DNA from: Tubulanus polymorphus
Taxonomy: Eukaryota; Animalia; Nemertea
Length of the DNA stretch: 64,000 nucleotides
Direction: 5' to 3'
NCBI RefSeq assembly: GCF_964204645.1
Contig: NC_134026.1
Span: 8,641,950 to 8,705,949 of the forward strand
How positions within the stretch are numbered: position 1 is the first letter of the stretch; each line of letters opens with the position of its first letter. The position numbers and the translations under genes were made by a program. Positions 23,861-38,238 of the stretch are shown piece after piece. Under the pieces are notes generated by a model. The model saw only the letters and a program-made list of their open reading frames with translations, searched no databases and was not told the DNA's origin.

Positions 23861-25558
23861 CAAACAGCATGAAGTGTAAAAAGATATTAACTCGAGAAGC
23901 TGGGAAATCCCCTAAAACCAATGTTGGCTACATAGCAAGAACGAAGACTTGTAAAACAACGAGGCAACCACTCGTCAAGGCCAGATCGCCCTTAGTTATT
24001 GCAATTTTCCCGCAATTTTTCAATTTATTTCTTGGGTTTTAAAATATTTACAAGCAAAACAGAAAATAGAAGGCTTTCTAATGAGAGCCAAGCAAATGCC
24101 AAAGGCCGCTACAGTAAGAACCCATGAAAGAAAAGAGGAGAAAAAATGAGAAAAGAGTAGACAAGACAAAGAAAAAGAATCGGAGCTGACGAATATTAAG
24201 CGATCGAATTACGAACATAACAACTACGATTTTCGCAGAGATGGGAGTTTGAATAGCAGGAGGTGAGAATGCATTTCATTTTGCGTCTGAGAGAATATTT
24301 GCTGGTTGAAAAGGAATTGGTGTAGATTGTGCAAAATTTTCTTTTGGGTTTCCCGTTAATCTCTATGCTCAAAATTTGTGCAAAAATGTCATTCAAATCG
24401 AATTTTGAAATTGACCTTGCAAATCTATCACCACTAAAATTAGGAATTTCTTCAGTCGCTGAAATGGCTGACCTCGGGAATCCTTAAAAGCTAAATCTAC
24501 TAATACGTTTGGTTTAGGGTTAATTCTAAACATGGCATGGCATGAACATTCGAAGTGCCTTTATTCGAATTATCAGCTTATTCGAGTTAGAAATTAACCC
24601 ACGTGAAACCTGGCCCCTGTTCACATCCCTATGTCGGGTCTTGGGTCATCGCGGGATATGAGCCATCTGTGGTGATGAATGAGAACGATGGAGATCACAG
24701 GCTGTTCACTCGACTTCAATCAATCTCCACCCCCCCCCCCTATACTACTATACTACTTTCAGGTTTTTCTTATGATGAATTTTTAGGCCTTTTATGGTGA
24801 TATTTTACCGGTTCGATATTTATTCGAAATAAATGCACGCGTTATGTATAACAGACAAACATTTTTCCAGGCGCACAGAAAAATGGAACATGCAAATTAG
24901 TTTGTAAAAGTAATTGTTATTCAACGTACTGACAGCGTAGAGAACATAATAGGCTACTATAAAAGATAATGAAATTCATTAAAAATGCACAATGAACAAA
25001 AAAAACCAAAAAAAAACTATTTTACTTAAATTGAGTCGTCGCATCCCATTCGCGTGATCCTGGCAGGTTCGAGACACGGAACCTATATCTAAAGCAAAAA
25101 TGCGAAATCAATTGTAACTATCGCTACAAATATTTATTACAAAATATTTATATTAGCTAGCGCAGTCAAAAACTTTATAAAATCATTTCCATTACATTTT
25201 ATTTGATTACGTTTCGCATTTACGACCATCACTAAATTGATGATAAGCCATACAATAGATTCCTAAAGTGAATTCATACTTAGAAATATTCACGGCATAT
25301 TAACTAATTATTTTGCCCTCACGAGATATCCGATCAATGCAGGTGGACATGGTTTTGAAATAACCCGTTTGTTTGTGTGATAAAAACAATACACCTTATG
25401 TTTCAGTTGCTCAATAAAGTATATAATTGAATTCAATTGAATCGAATCTCAAGTGATTATGAACGAACCATCACCTCTGTTTATAAACCCGGAAGTTGTA
25501 AACAAGAAGAATTCGTTCCACCCGAAATAGATACAAAATACGACAATTATAGAAAACG

Positions 25559-28500
25559 ATGGGCTTCAAAACATGTGGGCCCAACGAGGCCATGGTTATA
25601 TCAGGTATTTAATCTGGTTGGGTCCGTCTTCAAGAGTCACCACAGAACCGAAAGCAGGAGCTACATTTTTAGGCCTAGCCTACTCATTTTTTCTGATCAA
25701 TCCAATGCAAATTACAATTTTATTTATCAGAATATGACGTGCGTAGTTACTGACCTGTTTTTTCACCGACACCGATCCAATCGAAAATTTAAAACAAACA
25801 AATCATTTGTAGTTTATAATATGACTGCTTGTACAATCACAGGTGTTTGAAAACATTCTCGCTAGCCTTCGGTTCCAGTTCACTCGGAATTCAAATCTTA
25901 ACACAAAACCGTGGTAGTGGGTCCAGAATATTTTTCAAGAACTGTCGTCCTAATCAAATGGTAGTTTCATTAAAAGTTGACGCTGACCGAAATTGAGCGA
26001 ATCTTAAGTACCATGATTATTTTCTTGTTTCAGGCTGTTGCTATCGACGCCCCTCTATAATTCCAGGCGGTCGAGCGTTTCTGTGGCCTTGTATACAAAG
26101 GCTTCAAAGGTACAACACTATAAATATCGACCAAATCAGCGGCGTATCGTCGGCGCACTTATATTTGAACGAGAAATCGGTCTCAAAACTGTTTTCAAAA
26201 TGAGAAACATTATTTCTTACATAGTTTTTCCTCATAAAAGTTGATTTTTTCCCTCAATTGAATTAAGCTAGACATGATAACGACGAGATAAGTAGTACTT
26301 TATAGGTTAACTATTTTATTGGAGCTTTCGCTACTAATGTCTATTTCAACTTCACTTGAGAGCACATCAGGTGGCCTAGCTCAGTCAGTTTTGGTGGTAC
26401 ATACCTGATAGAATTCTTATTGGGACCAGAAAGGACTGGCAGTTGACCTGAAGTTGAAATAGACATTAGCGTATAGTAGCTTCAGGTGAGTCAAGCTTGT
26501 GCGTCTAGTAAGTTATCTATAAAGTAGGCCTACTACTTCAACACCCGGTGAATATTTCTCCTCTACAAATCTTTTCCCAAATGATTTAGACAGTCACTGG
26601 TCTATGGAAACTTAAATTTTTTACCTGGTTTTACTACCTTGACGATGTGATTCTGGTAATTTGCAGGATATCTCTGAACACCATGACATTATCAATTGAG
26701 TCGACTCACGTCTACACACAACTAGGTGTACCGGTTAATGTGATGGGCGTTGCGCAAGTGAAAATCTCATCGACGAATTCCGAAATGTTACACGCCGCCT
26801 GTCAACAATTTCTCGGAAAATCCGAAAAGGAAATACGTCAAATTGCGAAGGAAACGCTTGAAGGTCATCAGCGAGCGATCATGGCTCATATGACTGTTGA
26901 GGTCAGTTCGCAAACTGGAATTCTATTTATAGAAATTAGAAAACAACAAAGAAAAATTATATCAATTGATTTCAAAAAATGAAAATACAAATATACTTTT
27001 TGTTTCCAAGATTATTAACAGCGATAATTATATGAAATTGTCTCTTTCAGGAAATCTATCAAGACCGTAAGAAATTTTCTCAAGCAGTTTTCGAAGTGGC
27101 GTCATCGGATTTGATCAATATGGGAATCAGTGTCGTTAGTTACACGTTGAGAGACATCAGTGATTCTGGCGTGAGTATACCCTAAACCGGACATCAGGGT
27201 ACCTACGACTCCTCGGTTCCTTAAAACCTCTGAACCAGGGTCCCTACAACTCCTTGGTTCCTTAAAACCTCTGAACCAGGGTTCCTACGACTCCTTGGTT
27301 CCTTAAAACTCGTTCTAAAGGGTCCCTACGACTCCTCGGTTCCTTAAAACCTCTGAACCAGGGTTCCTACGACTCCTTGGTTCCTTAAAACTCGTTCTTA
27401 AGGGTCCCTACGACTCCTTGGTTCCTTAAAACTCGTTCTTAAGGGTCCCTACGACTCCTTGGTTCCTTAAAACCTCTAAACCAGGGTCCCTGCGACTCCT
27501 TGGTTCCTTAAAACTCGTTCTAAAGGGTTCCTACGACTCCTTGGTTCCTTAAAACTCCTGCTTACCACAAAATGCTTTTAAAGCTGCTTGAAACTCCTTT
27601 AATTTGAGCAAAATGCCATAAACTCGTTTGAAACTTCTGCAATAAACCAGTGCAATGATACTGCAGTAGGCTAGCTACAAAGGCTCCATTTTATATTATG
27701 CTACAAGTGAAGTGTATGTATGTTCACAAAAAACTTTCGGACTATTTGCATGTGGAAAACGACTAAAAAAACATAGACATGGGTAATATATGATCTTAGC
27801 CTCTCGTAGTTATTTCCAAATCCTTATGTGTTAATTTAGGCTGCCTACAATAATCGACTCAATCAGCAGCTTGCCAGTTCAGGCTGGATAGAAGATTTTT
27901 TACACAAACTGTAGCCGAAATTTCCAATTGTGTACTTCGATTCAAACAAACATCTTTCTAATTCCAACTGACCATCCACTTCAATTTCCATTTTCTAAAT
28001 CAATTCCCCTGTATATCATTCCTGGCAAGTATGGAAAGCTTGTAAGGGACACCAGGATCCAGTTCCACAGTTCTGAGTTAGAGTTAACTCTTTGAGTTAA
28101 AATCTATTCATTTTCAATGAGTTAACCCTAAGCCAAATCTTAACTCACAACTGTGTAACTGGGTCCATAGCATGAAAAAATATGAGGGACGATCATCCCT
28201 GTTTCAAAATAAAAAATGGTCTAAAAAATGTTAGCATCCATTTGAAAATACGCAGCTATGGTATTTGAGTGGGTATTAGAATAGTCTTACGACAAGATGA
28301 TGAGCCTTCCTTTTGTCAGCATGTTTAAAGTCTCCTCTTTCAAAGCTACTCTTTCACATTGCAATGTCTTTGAGTAATCATGTTTTGCTATCCAATGACA
28401 CTAAAAATGCTGGCATTGCTTAATTTATTTCATAAGAAATATATGAATAAATATATAATAAGAAAAATATAAGATATGTATCTTATATCTATCCAATGAC

Positions 28501-31500
28501 TCTTTCCGTAGTTTTCGGATTGGGAAGCCTAAAAATCTAGTTCAAATTTCATTGAAAATGAACTGATTTTTGCTACGAGTAGCTCAGTGTTTTGTTGCCC
28601 CATCTGGTGTTGCCGGTATCCCATTCACTTTGTAATCCAATGTTTTCGTTACCAAATTCATCTAGTCTGTCTTCATCATTTAGTCAGTACCATTGCCTTC
28701 TCTCCTAATTCCTGAACCAGTTTTCCTCGTAGTTCATTTTCTTTTCAACTACAATAATTGGAACTACTCAAATCGTTCCTCACGAGGAACTGTATGGATG
28801 GACCCTGAATTGAAGTGCGTTATCTTCTTCTAGGGTTACCTCAAAGCTCTCGGTATGTCCAGAACTGCCCAAGTCCAAAAAGATGCGAGAATGGGAGAAG
28901 CAGAGGCATTACGAGACTCCGGGATAAAGGTACGTTTAACTAATCTCTTAGAATAACTAGGCTTATCGTGTCTCTTGCAGAGCTGCCAACTGTTCCTGAT
29001 TTTCAGTATTTTATTTGCTAATATTTTCTAATGAGAAATACTGATTTGATCTGTTTAGATGCATACAGAAATATGAAAGATATTTCATGAGGGTCTTATG
29101 ATTATTGATTGATTTGCATGTTTTCTTTCATATTTCCAGGAAATAATACTGAAAAATATTCAGTTTGTAACTGATAGCACTTTTTAGAGGTTGGCAGCCC
29201 TGCTCTTGATTTTTCTGGTAGTCAGGCGCACGCTGTCATGCCCTAATACAATAATAGACTTTTGTTGATACCGTTCCACTTACCTGGAAGTCAGGGAAAA
29301 GTCAGAGAATTTGCTTTTCTTTAACCCTTTCAGTGCTGAAGATAATTTGAAAATTCTGAAAAATTCCACCCTAGTGTGTTGAATAAGGGGAATAGCACTA
29401 TAGTGCGTCTACACCCTGGCGCGGTATATCGTTAGTTACTAATATTTCACTATATCTGACAGGTGCTCCATCTTTCAAGAGAGATAATTATCAATTACTA
29501 ATTAAATCAATACACCGCAATGCCGCAATGCAGTGTACTAACTAGCAAAATCCATCACTGATTTATACACCGCACTGTGGTGTAGACGCACTGAAAGGGT
29601 TAAAAACATCGGTATTCGGTATAAAAACAAATAACAATCAGGGATAAGTCGGGGAAATACGTTGAAATTGCTATAATGCGCGTATAATCTAATAGTTTCT
29701 GTCGACATCTTACGTCTTTCGGTCGATGCTGTATTGACTGTGCTGATCAATTGGATTCTTACTTAGCAGATCAAGTCGAGGAACGATGTGCACGTCGGGG
29801 AATAATCGGGTAAAAACAGGTCAAATATAAGTGGTCACCCTGTAATCTAGCGACGAATGAAATGTTGACCTTTTTCACGGGGATAGAATTCTCGCTACTA
29901 ACGGAATAACGTTTCGAATCGATGAATACTGGAATGAAACTCGAATTTGTATTTTTACGATAGGAAGCATTGGCTAAGGAAGCCCAGATGGCAGCTGAAT
30001 ATTCGAACAAGACGATGATCGCCGAAGCGCAGCGCGACTTCGAACTGAAAAAAGCAGCGTACGACATGGACGTGGAAACGAAAAAAGCCCAGGCGGAATT
30101 GTCTTACTCATTACAGGCACGTGTTCACTTAATTCCAGTGTCCCTACGCCTCTTTGACTTTGATTCCTTACGAACTCCTTCAAAATGGAGAATGCTTTTG
30201 AAGTTACTTGAAACTTCTAACAAAAGTGTCCAAAACTTCTTCAATTTTGAGAAATAGGCAATTGGAAGTTTTGTCTAGTTAGTAGTAGACTACCCCTATA
30301 TCGGTACAGTTGGGACCAGGATTTTTTCATCCAATTAGGCAGTTTTATCGCATAGTTTAGATAGTGTATAGTGTTAAAATTTTCTTACAAAACCACCGAA
30401 CTATCGGTTTACCGAGATTAACAGTACCGGTTTAGAAGGAGTCTCCTGTAATTGGGATATGAATGATGCAGACGTTTTCTTGAAATTTGAAATTTTCTTG
30501 AAAACTCCTCATATCCAGGAACGACTGATCTGTAGGGACCCTGTAATTATTCGCTATCCAATAATCTTGATAATCGATCGTTGAGATCAATCTCTCATCA
30601 TCTCTAACGAATCGTAATCAATCTGCGATTTCAGGCAGCGAAAACAAAGCAGCGAATCAAAGAGGAAGCGATGCAAATCAAGGTCGTCGAACGAGGACAA
30701 CAAATCGCCCTTCAGGAACAGGAGATTATGCGACGCGAACGAGAATTGGACGCGACCATCAACAAACCGGCCGAGGCCGAGAAATTCAAGATGGAGAAAT
30801 TAGCCGAAGCTCAAAAGTATGTTTTAGATCACGAAATGGCTGGCGAAATGAATATACTTCGTGTTCTTGCCCTAAGATTAGCTATTCGAAATTCAATAGG
30901 CTTTCTTTCTTAATCGGTGCAGCGTTCAAGGCTAACGGAAAGTCTTACCGTTGTAATTATATATGTAGTAGACTCCTCGAGCCAGTTGCATAGTCATGGC
31001 TTAAATTTATGACCAGTCTAAGACCAACTTAGTTCTGTAGCTTATCTAACAACTTAAGACCAGTCTAAAGATTTTAGTACCATTTTTGGGCTTAAGTCAC
31101 CTGAGCCCCTGAGGCTTTACTTATAAATGGCACTTATATGTTTCTTCCAAGTTTTATGGAAGATCTCGACGGGCGGATCTGGATTAGACATGGGGGAGAT
31201 TCCAAGGTTAATGGTTAACAGTGTGTAGCAACTTCTGAGCGCCTAAGGAGTGAAGCGATTTTTTTTGGGGGGGGGAGGAAGGGACACTTTGTATGGTTGA
31301 GCACAAAATAACATTTATGCTTATTGAAAGGAAATCAGTAAATAGTAGTTACACAATTTTATCAAATTTTTTCAGATTGAAAGTTGTCTTGGAAGCAGAA
31401 GCAGATTCACAAGCTATTCAAGTGCGTTTCAGTTTTGAATTCCAAAGTATTGTATTGTTTTTAACCTATTAGCCCTCAAGCTGCCGCATCCGTCCTGGCT

Positions 31501-33866
31501 ATTACTCCTCAAGCCACCCAAATCAATTATAGTGGGATTCGAACCCAATAGCTTGGGATAAACTAGACACCCAAGATGTCAAAATTCCGTACACAAATCA
31601 ATATCTTCCTAGCCTATTTGAAATTCTCGATTATTTGGATTATAAACATGACAGATCAAAGCGCTCACTTGTATCCAAGTATGTCTGGATGATTTTCCGG
31701 GGGCAAAAAAGGTCGCGACTTTGGTGACCCACCTCATCTAATCTTATATCGTTTGAAAGCATAGTGCGTTTAAAACAAAATAACACGAACTGGAATACAT
31801 GAAAATTAACTGAAAATGAGCTGATTCTGTATCCTAATAAATTTTTTTCCCTTGAACTTTCTGAGTAGTAAATGACACTACATGGTGAAATTCCTGTGTG
31901 CTAATGGGTTAATGGATATTTCGTCGGTTCGAAAAGTATTTGATTTAGTAAAAACGATCTTACCTTGACCCGACTAAGTTACCTAAGTCCTTAAATCGTG
32001 CTTGCAGATGAAGGGCGAAGCCGAGGCATACGCGATTGAAGCTAAGGCTCGCGCGGAAGCGGAACAAATGGCGAAGAAAGCAGATGCCTGGAAGGACTAC
32101 CAGGATGCAGCGATGGTTGACATGATCCTCGAGATGTTACCGAAGGTACTGAACCATTTTTGCAGCATTGATTCAACATTTCTAAGAATGAATTTTACAT
32201 TATATTTAGCCCTAACTAACTTCATTCTTCCGGGTCCTACTCATATGAGCCAAATATTATTGATAAATTTGTTCATTTTTGTTTTATTTTTTATTTAAAT
32301 TTGTTTCCTTTTACATGAACGTGTATTCATAAATGATATCCCTCACTCATAATGATAATAATATTAATTATGATTGACATATTTTATATTGATAGTGCAT
32401 GAGTACATGTACTATATTTGATACAGTTCAAATGCACACATTGCCAAATGCATCAGCAACAACTGTTCACATCGGCACCAAATGGGCCCTTGCCTGTTTG
32501 GTCCGGGAAAAATTTGGCCCGACCATAAACGGCGGACCAGGTCCAAACCAAATTTTAGCAGGGCTCAAATTATCGCGTGTGAATCAGAACTTGTTCCGTA
32601 AGTGATTTTATTAGCGGTATTATTTAGTATCAAGCAAGTGGTTTAAGTGTGATCACAACTGTCTTTATTTAGTATAGACCAAATTTGACCTGGGCCTGAT
32701 CCGTGCAACTAGCCATCTTTCTGTTGGGAGATGAAACAGCAAAGCTGCTACTTGCTGCTTACGTGTCTTTATTAGGTGCTCAACATACCCATTGCTCCCT
32801 GGATGAGAGAGGCAATGAGAATGAAATGTCTAGCCTCGGGACACTAAGGTGTACTGCTGGATTGAAACTCAAAGCCGAGATTCTAACGCTCTTACTACTT
32901 ACCCACGCTGTCCGCTCCACCACTTTCAATCCTACGTGAATGTTTCATATTTTGTTATAGATGGCAGCTGAAGTTGCGGCGCCGTTGTCAGCATGCAACA
33001 AGATTACGATGGTTTCATCTGGAAATAGTGATGTCGGCGCTGCCAAACTGACCGGCGAGGTCATGGAGGTTATTGAGAAAATGCCGAAACTGATAAAGAA
33101 TCTAACGAGCGTGGATATTCATAAGGTAAGTTCATTGTACTGGTGTGTTTCATGTGTTAAAAAGTTTTCAATGAAAACTGATTAACCCTTTTAGTGCATC
33201 TACACCGCAGTGTGGTGTATGAATTGGTAACAGACTTTTTAGTACACCGCAACATGGTGTATTGATATTATTAGTAATAAGTTTTATCGCTACTGAAAGA
33301 TAGCAACAACTGTCAAACATCGTGAAACATTGGTAACTAACAATACACCGCACCACGGTATAGACTTGGTATGCCTGTTATTCAACAACCTGGGGTGGAA
33401 TTTTCAAATTATCTCCACTTTCGGCATGATAACTAAAAGGCATTGGTTTCACATGTTAGAAATTGTGTCACTGAAATTACAGGCTACAAAAGTGTAATTC
33501 ATTAACACTTTCAGTGCGTCTACACCACAGTGCAGTGTATGAATTGGTGATGGATTTTGCTTGTACATTGCGCTGCGGTGTATTGATGTAATTAGTTTTT
33601 ATCTCTATTCAATGATGGAAGCACCTGTCAAACATAGTGAAATATTAGTAACTAACAATACACTGCACCACACTATAGTGGTATTCCCGTTATTCGACAC
33701 ACTAGGGTGGAATTTTTCAAAATTTTCAAATTATCTCCAGCACTATAGGGTATTGATTAGTCAGCACTGAAAGGGTTAAGTCTATTTGAATTTGGTGATA
33801 TTAGAAGGAATATAACATTTCATTTTCTATTTTCAGAGCATGAAAGCCGCCATGCGTAATACATAA
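25559..33866 (+). CDS. FLOT1: Flotillin-1, 11 exons, 428 aa
   Basis: Exons 25559-25604, 26034-26109, 26667-26901, 27051-27170, 28834-28929, 29964-30116, 30635-30816, 31376-31421, 32008-32145, 32961-33125 and 33837-33866 total 1287 nt in frame. Motifs: [82 protein letters not shown]. Confidence 0.95.
26334..26469. mobile_element. MITE with ctaatgtctatttcaacttca TIRs; truncated copy at about 2682-2800
   Basis: Perfect 21-bp inverted termini. The internal sequence matches the copy nested in the 2579-3440 element. Confidence 0.75.
27195..27557. repeat. 41-bp minisatellite, about 9 units, in flotillin intron 4
   Basis: The core cctacgactccttggttccttaaaa recurs at an exact 41-nt period (27202, 27243, 27284 ... 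27530) with two alternative spacer variants. Confidence 0.95.
28056..28166. mobile_element. Short palindromic MITE (gagttaactc repeats); second copy at about 35052-35155
   Basis: TIR ccagttccacagtt / aactgtgtaactgg. The internal sequence is near-identical at 35.1 kb. Confidence 0.7.
28978..29202. mobile_element. MITE with CAG(A/G)GCTGCCAAC termini and a 6-bp TSD
   Basis: cagagctgccaac ... gttggcagccctg, flanked by ctcttg on both sides. Confidence 0.7.
29325..29599. mobile_element. piggyBac-type MITE; inverted copies at about 33186-33441 and 33506-33775
   Basis: TTAA|ccctttcagtgc ... gcactgaaaggg|TTAA. The internal sequence is shared, reverse-complemented, with two tandem copies in the last flotillin intron. 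Confidence 0.85.
31465..31908. mobile_element. Second piggyBac-like MITE family
   Basis: TTAA|cctattagc ... gctaatggg|TTAA. Confidence 0.55.
32785..32920 (-). mobile_element. Degenerate copy of the tRNA-derived SINE
   Basis: The reverse complement reads gtggagcgg...agtgtcccgaggctagacatttcattctcattgcctctctcatccagggagcaatgggta, matching the SINE head and core at 62650. Confidence 0.7.
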
Positions 33867-35828
33867 TTATATGTCACCGGATATTGTTTATATGAGGGCC
33901 ACCTAGAATCGAAGCTAGCAATTTACCGACAGATGGATTGCGCGTTTTGACTAGTGGGTGATGCGTTCATAACCGGAATTAATGCTATCGATTTGCATCA
34001 TGTCGTTCAAAACTACCGGGTAAAATGAATCAACGTTCATTTTGTGTGAAATACTGATAGCAGAAAATGAAAACGTTGTTACATTTATAATGTTATTTGA
34101 TCAAAACTGTTAAAAATTTGTGAATTTACATCGATAGAATCTGTTCTAAATAGAGTTAGACTGCGCCTTAAGAAGTTAGAAATCACGAAATTGCGGCAAG
34201 AATTTCGCAATGTAGAAAATCTTTGATGAAGTGGTTTGCTGTCAACCGAATAGGGAGGAGTCTACATTCTGTATCTAGGCATAATCTGTTGATATTTTTG
34301 GAAAATAGTTGTTTGACCTCCTTTTTTAAAAGTTTAAAATTTTGATTTCATTTTTTGTTGAAGAGAGTTCGTTCATAAAACGTAGATTCCCTTGCTTCAT
34401 TAATATCCTATATACATAGTTTTACTCTTGTATTAAAATATCTTACTAACTCATTACTAATTATACGATACAATACTGTATGAAATATTTTCTATGGATT
34501 TTTCGGCGAAGGGTTGATGTTTGCTCACGTGAATAAGTTCTTCCATGAACAGCGATTAGAATTAACCCCATTGAAGTGAGTGCCAAATTATGCTGACCGT
34601 ATAACAGTTAAACGCCTAATCGACAGGCAATGCAGTGGTTGCACCGCGATTTTCATAGACCGATCAATGGTCAAAGATATGTAAATTATGTCTTGTTTGA
34701 AATTTATCGAACCGTCAGTTCCGTTACCCAGAGTCGACTGCCTCTGATTATCGAGTGCCCCAGATATTTTACAGATTTTCCCACTCAGCAGGGGTGGACC
34801 CAGAGCCCAATTTTAAAGTGCCACATCGCAAAAGGGCACTGCGATGTCCAAAAAGGTGTACTCCCGCACTGAGGGGCCAGTTTTGAAGAACTCACTGGTC
34901 ACGAGCCAAAAGAACACTTTGATGTCCACAAAATTAATATTAGGGGCTCTACTATGAAATGCACCATTTATCTTTGTTATCTTTGTTTGTGTAATGAAAA
35001 AAGGCACTCAAAGATTTCGATGGACTTGTACAAGTCCCCCTGGATCCACCCCGGGGCTCGGTTCCACAGTTGTGAGTTAAGAGTTAACTCTTGAGTTAAA
35101 ATCAATTCATTTTCAATGAGTTAACTCTAGATTCAAATATTAACTCACAACTGTGGGTCACGATCCTGATCTTCTTCGCGATAATTACCCATCCCTGTTC
35201 CGGCTGCATCGGAATTTATTGCACCCGCGAGATCGGAGGCAAGCAAAGCTTACTGAATTCTCATTTGGGTCGTTACATCTGATAAATTGTTATGGAACCT
35301 CCAACAACCACGACGAACTTCAGGGAACCAAAAAGTCATTCATTGTTCTATCCATTATGAAATTAATCGAATTTTCCTATTAGGGACGAACTATCTTAAA
35401 TAGGTTTGTTACACCGTTAACCAAAACTTCACGAAGACCATGCAGTCTTTATGAAGTTTTGCGTTTCTTATAGATGATGTATCCCAGTTTGTTATATAAC
35501 AAGGTTCCATTGCATTTAAAACTGCAGAATTTCACATGAAAAAAAACCAATTATTTTTCCGATGTACGTTTTATAGAATCGGTGATTTTTATCTACATAT
35601 ATTGTATAATATTTGACTACAACATCACGGTCAGTGTGACGAACTATATAGCGCCACCTGTGCTTATTTGACGTCAACATATGTTAAGAACTAATATGCC
35701 AAATGTAACTGAAATTCGATGAAAATACATACGTACTGTTCATGTTTGCTCGGTCGCAACGGCGGCGTTTGTAACGGACACTTGACCGCGTGTCGCTGTT
35801 TTATTGAAATACTGCATTATCGTCATAA

Positions 35829-36271
35829 TACGGAGCCCCGGAGGTGACATGGTGAAAAATATTTCTTTATTTTGTTCGATGCGTTCGAACGAAATAATCT
35901 ATGCGCGCAACTGAAAAGTTTTTCGCGGGAACGAAATGATCTTTTCATTCGCGTACGAAATCTTGTTCACGGGAACGAACTACCTTTTTTTTGTTCGAAC
36001 GATTATTTCGTTCCCACGAAAAACCTTTTCGTTCGAAAGAAAAGATATCGTTCCCGCGAGAAGCATTTCGTGCGAACGAAACGATTATTTCGTTCCCACG
36101 AAAATCTCTCCGTTCAATGAAAAAGATTTCGTTCGAAAGAAAAAGATTGCGTTCCTGCGAAAAACTTTTCGTTCGAAAGAAAAAATTAATTTCCGTCGAA
36201 CGATACGATTATTTCGTTCCCGCGAAAATAAGCGGCTATTTTTTCACTATTCTCACTACCTCCGGGGCACC
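35829..36271. mobile_element. MITE with ggagccccggaggt TIRs and internal (tcgttcccgcgaaa / ttcgttcgaa) repeat array
   Basis: Inverted ends ggagccccggaggt / acctccggggcacc with repetitive interior. This explains the low-complexity ORFs at 35872-36463. Confidence 0.7.
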
Positions 36272-37174
36272 AATCCGTATCATTATATATATCTATATAT
36301 AATTGATGCAATATGTGTTTTATATGATGTTTCTTACGACGAGTCTTCCACCGTTGGTAAAACTGGGTATGCACGCTGGATTTTATACTATACATACAAA
36401 TCATTGTCTTCTCTATTTTCCGATCGATATACCACTGTATACTGTACATGTGAAATAGAATGATCTATTATATATATATATATATGTTTTGGATATGGTT
36501 AATTTGCATTCATAATAATAAAATATATTTCTCGCATGTTATCGACTAAAAAATCGTTTTAGTTATTTTGTTCGAGTATTTGCGCGTCGGTCCTGTGTGG
36601 CGTGATCTATGTTTGGTGATGCTTCAGTTTCGAACGTCTTTTCATAAGAGGGACTCCGTAATACATATACAGTTAGGCTAGAAAATAATTCATACCTTGT
36701 TTCTCCGCTCTGCTGTGCTTAAAAGTTGACCCGGTCGGCCGCCTACCTACCCTGTACAATAACTTTTAAAAATCATGATCAATCTTACCACTTACCACAA
36801 CAGACCTAGAAATAAGCTGATTACAAATTTTATTATATTTTACAAAAATGACCTGGCCGCTGCGGAGAAACACGGTATCATTTTTGTTTAGCCTCAACCT
36901 CGCCTAACTCGACAAAATCGGTCCGAGTTAAGGATAGGAAGATACGTTGGGAAGTCTGGAGAAATTATTTCATTTTTTAGTCGAAAGTCTCATGTTGGCC
37001 ATTTCCAAGTAAGGCGAGGTATACTGCATACTATCAAATATCTAACCTTAGATTTTAACGTTAACTTCATTAACATAACTCTCGAGTCACAAAAGGACAG
37101 TAGAGCAGGTTTATACAGTATTAGTGATAAAAAATAACAGAAAGACGATTAAACAAGTATGAATTTTAATACAT

Positions 37175-37592
37175 CGGGGTTTCCAGCGGTCCTTCAAAGT
37201 CCTTCTTTTGGAAAAAGTTTGGACAAACATCATCTTTTTGATTCTATGTCCTTCCTTTTGATTAAAGTCCTTCCAAATTTAATTCTATTTTTCGCGCGCA
37301 ATTTTGTCGCGAATTCGACTGTTGAAGTATTTTATTACTCAGGCCTGGTAATTCAATTGTCAGTAAGATTGAATATACAGGAAAGTGTTAAGGAAATTAT
37401 CCTGGAATGTATGACTGGTCTACATGACTAGTATTCCGGTGAAGGCATTGCGATAATGCTCCCTTATGGGCCCTCATTTTACTGGAAAGAACTTCTTTCC
37501 GAGTCCAAAAGTCCCTCCTTTTGGGTCTTAAATTGCCGAAAAAGTCCTTCTTAGTACTTCTGTTTACCCTGGCCTTACCACTGGAAACCCTG
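37175..37592. mobile_element. hAT-like MITE present only in duplication copy A
   Basis: cggggtttccagcgg ... ccactggaaaccctg. It is absent at the matching position (about 44195) of copy B. Confidence 0.65.
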
Positions 37593-37890
37593 AACATATA
37601 AACATAGATATTAATGTAAAAAACAGAAGCTTCATGATAAATGAACACAATTTATAGGGTTTGGCGCGACAGTTATTTGTCGTCATCAGGCAATTTAAAG
37701 TTACTGGGATTGGAGTGGAATTCGATCCGTACACTTTGTACGATATTTTGAAAAATATGTCCGTACTAACGGAAAATAGTATTCATCGTCGACAGTGTTA
37801 TATGCTTGATGTAATATTTCTATCGACTTTGTCCATTTTCAGGGTTACTGGTACGGAATTTGGTAGTAAACAGAATGCGTGCATATGCAA

Positions 37891-38238
37891 ATGAGGCATA
37901 TTTGTTTGAAATCGGTTTGTAAAAACCGGTTGCTATCGGTTTATTGTGTCCCAAACTGGTTTGCTATAGGTTTAACAAATACGACAAAACGAAAAGTCGG
38001 TTTGAGTCAGCTACCGGAGGAAATTTGCTTATTCCGCCGTATTGGAAAAGTAGGTTTGTTGTTGCAAACCGCTAGCCGCCGAACGGTTCCGTTTTACGAA
38101 CCGTTTTATTAATAGCTTTACGCCTAAACAAAGACGCCAGTTTATCACAACCAGTATGTAAACCGGTATGAACACAGACGATTTGCCTAAAAACCCGAAG
38201 CGATTTGTGCAGACCGATTTCAAACAAATGCGCCTCAT
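37891..38238. mobile_element. MITE with atgaggc...gaaatcggt TIRs and aaccggtt repeats; partial copy at about 44357-44647
   Basis: Inverted termini atgaggcatatttgtttgaaatcggt / accgatttcaaacaaatgcgcctcat. Confidence 0.7.

Noticed and set aside
27195-27557. Regular repeat with alternating inserts resembling a CRISPR array
   Set aside because: The spacers are only two recurring 11-12 nt variants, the context is a eukaryotic intron, and there are no cas genes.
35872-36463. Overlapping ORFs rich in F, R, S and K
   Set aside because: They are translations of a MITE internal repeat array.
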